NCBI GenBank assembly: GCA_046735395.1
Contig: JBJKQR010000018.1
Location: forward strand, 1-64,000
DNA length: 64,000 bases
From: Fidelibacterota bacterium
GTDB lineage: Bacteria > Fidelibacterota > Fidelibacteria > Fidelibacterales > DSDE01
Reading direction: 5' to 3'
A model generated the notes under the pieces. That model had not been told where the DNA came from. It ran no database searches and saw only the letters and a list, made by a program, of their open reading frames with translations. Position 1 is the stretch's first letter. Each line of letters starts with the position of its first letter. Below are positions 61,432-64,000 of this stretch, piece by piece. The position numbers and the translations under genes were made by a program.

Positions 61432-62145
61432 ATGAAACGGATCCGAACCATACTGGTGTTCTGGACATTCAGCGCCCTGGCGCTGGGCCAGGCAAAGGTT
61501 GATATTAACAGCTATACGAATTTTGACAAATACCGGGATGCGAATGCCGCCCTTCAGTCCCAGGCTGCGGATCCGGACCGGGTTGTATTCATGGGCAATT
61601 CCATCACCGAGTCCTGGATAGTGAAAAGTCCTGAATTTTTTGAGACGAACGGCTATATCGACCGCGGCATCAGCGGCCAGGTTACGGCACAGATGCTGCT
61701 TCGCTTCCGGGCGGATGTCATCGGCCTGAAACCGGCGGTTGTGGTTATTCTGGCCGGAATCAATGACATCGCACAGAACAGTGGAGCAGAAACTATTCAG
61801 GAGATGGCGGACAACATCTTTTCCATGGTGGATATGGCAACGGCACATGATATACGGGTGATTCTCTGCTCCGTGCTGCCGGCCATTGATTTTCCCTGGC
61901 ATCACGGGCTGGAACCGGCGCCCAAGGTCATTGAGCTGAATAAGCTTATCAAAGCCTATGCGGAGATGAATCACATTCCCTATGTGGATTATTATTCTGA
62001 CATGGCTGATGATCAGGGCGGGCTGAAAGTGCCGGAATATACCTCTGAACGGAATCTGGTGCATCCGAACCGGGACGGATATAAGGTCATGGAAAATCTG
62101 GTTAAACCTGTCATAGACCGGATGCTGTCGGACACCCTGCGCTGA
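61432..62145 (+). CDS. SGNH/GDSL hydrolase, exported
   Basis: FMGNSIT, RGISG, LAGIND, LVHPN. Confidence 0.9.
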   Translation: MKRIRTILVFWTFSALALGQAKVDINSYTNFDKYRDANAALQSQAADPDRVVFMGNSITESWIVKSPEFFETNGYIDRGISGQVTAQMLLRFRADVIGLKPAVVVILAGINDIAQNSGAETIQEMADNIFSMVDMATAHDIRVILCSVLPAIDFPWHHGLEPAPKVIELNKLIKAYAEMNHIPYVDYYSDMADDQGGLKVPEYTSERNLVHPNRDGYKVMENLVKPVIDRMLSDTLR

Positions 62146-62310
62146 GGTTTAATCCGGCTGATGAAAATCAGCAATTTCCATCATTTCAATACATAAGTTT
62201 CTGTTCTGAATCCACATCCGGATTCTGCCGCTTCGGGCCTTCCAGGTTTTTCCTGTTGAAATCGTGAGTTTAAACAGTTAAAATCCTTCAAACAACTAAG
62301 TGGGGCCAGC

Positions 62311-62697
62311 ATGCCAATCCTGTTTGAATGGAGCGATGAGTATTCCGTGGGACATTCGGTTATTGATGAGCAGCACCGGCGTCTTTTTGAGCTGGGGAAC
62401 GCCATCTTTCACGCCACTCTGGATGAAGCCGTCTATTTTATTGATAAGATCTTCGAGCATGCAAAACTGCATTTCGATTTTGAGGAAAAACATATGAAAT
62501 CCATCAATTTTCCGGATCTGTACCGGCATATTGAAATTCATAATGATTTGATCGTGCAGCTTCATGAGATCACCCGCAACCCCATGGAAACGGAAGAGGA
62601 TTTCCGTAAATTCAAGAAGTTTCTCTATGACTGGATACTTGATCATATCATGATGGAAGATAAAAAGTACGCAACCTACGCTCAATCTCTGAGCTGA
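62311..62697 (+). CDS. Bacteriohemerythrin
   Basis: W...YSVG..IDEQH, HFDFEE, HIEIH, W..DHIMMED. Confidence 0.93.
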   Translation: MPILFEWSDEYSVGHSVIDEQHRRLFELGNAIFHATLDEAVYFIDKIFEHAKLHFDFEEKHMKSINFPDLYRHIEIHNDLIVQLHEITRNPMETEEDFRKFKKFLYDWILDHIMMEDKKYATYAQSLS

Positions 62698-62821
62698 ATC
62701 CTTCATAAAGGTTCCCTTTTCGACAAGATCGGCTGATAATTCGACAATTTGGTCGTTTGTAAAGCGGTTACATATCTCGGGTATTTCCTATAAGTCATTT
62801 ATTATCAATATATAATTGATT

Positions 62822-62836
62822 TGGCATGTTCTTTGT
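62822..62836 (+). promoter_or_regulatory. Putative sigma54 -24/-12 promoter
   Basis: TGGCATG-ttct-TTGT; ttcgacaa repeated 21 bp apart at 62719 and 62740; AT-rich tract between the repeats and the promoter. Confidence 0.45.
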
Positions 62837-62873
62837 CCCATCTGTTTCAAAACAAAGCAAAAGGAGACTTGAA

Positions 62874-63284
62874 ATGAGAAGAACAACCATGACCCTGCTG
62901 ATGAGCATCCTGGTACTGGGACTGGGAACATTGAATGCGCAGACCTGCGGAAGCGGCGCCGGATTTATTGACGAGAATGGCGATGGCTATTACGATCTGG
63001 CTCCCGACAGTGACGGGGACGGAATTCCGAACGGACTGGATCCGGACTATGTTTCTGCCGGAAATGGCAACAGCGGTTCCCGCTTTGTGGATGAAAACGG
63101 GGACGGAATCAATGATAATGCCGGTGACGCCGATGGAGACGGAATTATCAATTGTGAAGATGACGATTTCACGGGTACGCCGATGAATCATGCCGGCCGC
63201 CGGCTGGGTCTCTCTCCGGAATTGCGCGGAACGGCCGTTTCGGGTGAAGCGTCAGCCTTTCGCCACGGACTCCCCAATAAATAG
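62874..63284 (+). CDS. Exported acidic protein with DxNGDG/DxDGDG Ca-binding-like repeats
   Basis: AGGAG RBS, signal peptide; FIDENGDG..D..DSDGDGIPN and FVDENGDGIND..DADGDGIIN. Confidence 0.8.
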   Translation: MRRTTMTLLMSILVLGLGTLNAQTCGSGAGFIDENGDGYYDLAPDSDGDGIPNGLDPDYVSAGNGNSGSRFVDENGDGINDNAGDADGDGIINCEDDDFTGTPMNHAGRRLGLSPELRGTAVSGEASAFRHGLPNK

Positions 63285-63306
63285 ACATTCCCTCCCGGAT
63301 AAGCTG

Positions 63307-63340
63307 AAAAAGGCGGTTTCTTTGGAAGCCGCCTTTTTTT
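63307..63340. terminator. Bidirectional intrinsic terminator
   Basis: aaaaaggcggtttc-tttg-gaagccgccttttttt between convergent genes. Confidence 0.85.
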
Positions 63341-63370
63341 ATGCAGATAAATTAGTACAGAATATTCGAA

Positions 63371-64000
63371 CTACAGTTGCGGGTCCATTTCAGACAGGTC
63401 GGATCTGAGCCGGGATCTGCGAAGTTTCCCATTGGAAGTAAAAGGGAAGGAGTGGACGGTGATCAGAGCTTTGGGCAGGAGATTTCTGTTGAGTTGTTTC
63501 TGTTGTCTGAGCCGAAGTATCCAGTCCTTGAAATCGTGCTGCGTAAATGAAGATGAGGTGGTTACGAGGACGCATTTTTCGCCGAGGGCCGCATCCGGAA
63601 GGGATGACAGACAGAAGTTCTGAGGATTGTGAGTCCCGGGCAGAAAGGAAAACAGTTCGGCTTCGAGAGACTCGGGATGAATTTTCAGTCCGCCGCTGTT
63701 GATGGCGTCATCGGCCCGCCCCAGAATGCGGAAGGTTCCGGTGGGAAGAATCTCGGCAATGTCATTGGTTATCAGGTCCTGATCCCCGGTCACAATCAGC
63801 CGCTGATCCTCCGACAGACGGAGGCGAATCCCGGGCAGAGGACTGTAATCATCGGATTTTTCGTCACCATTCACACGGCGGAGCGCAATATGGGAGGCGC
63901 TTTCGGTCATGCCGTAGCCGTGCCATACCTGTGATTTCAGAGTCCGGGCTGCAGCGCTGAGTTCATGGGAAATGGGTCCTCCGCCCAGTAGGATTATGGG
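63371..64000 (-). CDS. AMP-dependent ligase, MenE (O-succinylbenzoate-CoA ligase)-like, C-terminal part; starts beyond the window
   Basis: Open frame to the window end: LLGGGP...GYGMTESASHIA, TND, LGRADDAINSGGLKIHPE, TSNGK. Confidence 0.8.
   Translation of the reverse strand, partial: PIILLGGGPISHELSAAARTLKSQVWHGYGMTESASHIALRRVNGDEKSDDYSPLPGIRLRLSEDQRLIVTGDQDLITNDIAEILPTGTFRILGRADDAINSGGLKIHPESLEAELFSFLPGTHNPQNFCLSSLPDAALGEKCVLVTTSSSFTQHDFKDWILRLRQQKQLNRNLLPKALITVHSFPFTSNGKLRRSRLRSDLSEMDPQL

Noticed and set aside
1..64000. tRNA, rRNA, integrase, transposase or prophage genes
   Set aside because: None recognised by eye; tRNAscan and Infernal were not run.

Overview
Gene-dense bacterial chromosomal window from a Gram-negative-type cell envelope; an FCB-group-like anaerobe is an impression from gene content only. 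Housekeeping content: an ilvD-ilvB-ilvN-ilvC-leuB-leuA-leuC-leuD-cimA operon with a previously unannotated Ile/Leu-rich leader peptide, topA, alpha2-type glyS, cdsA, a THUMP RNA methyltransferase, folE with two tandem PTPS genes, a Wzc-type kinase, five sensor kinases, a REC-HDOD regulator, hemerythrin, a partial BT1-like MFS transporter and a partial MenE-like ligase. The best candidate for an undescribed system is a tightly coupled 8-gene operon (10230-17805). It encodes a GlmL/MutL-like actin-fold ATPase with no B12 mutase partner, a barrel-sandwich/KOW protein, one small soluble protein and five membrane proteins. Two of the membrane proteins look like distant paralogues of opposite topology, and one carries a ribosomal L7/L12-CTD-like insertion. 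Also notable: a solitary degenerate cas6 with no array or other cas genes, and three intergenic islands built from a shared set of nested hairpin, REP-like and microsatellite modules. Family assignments are from motif recognition by eye; no database searches were run.
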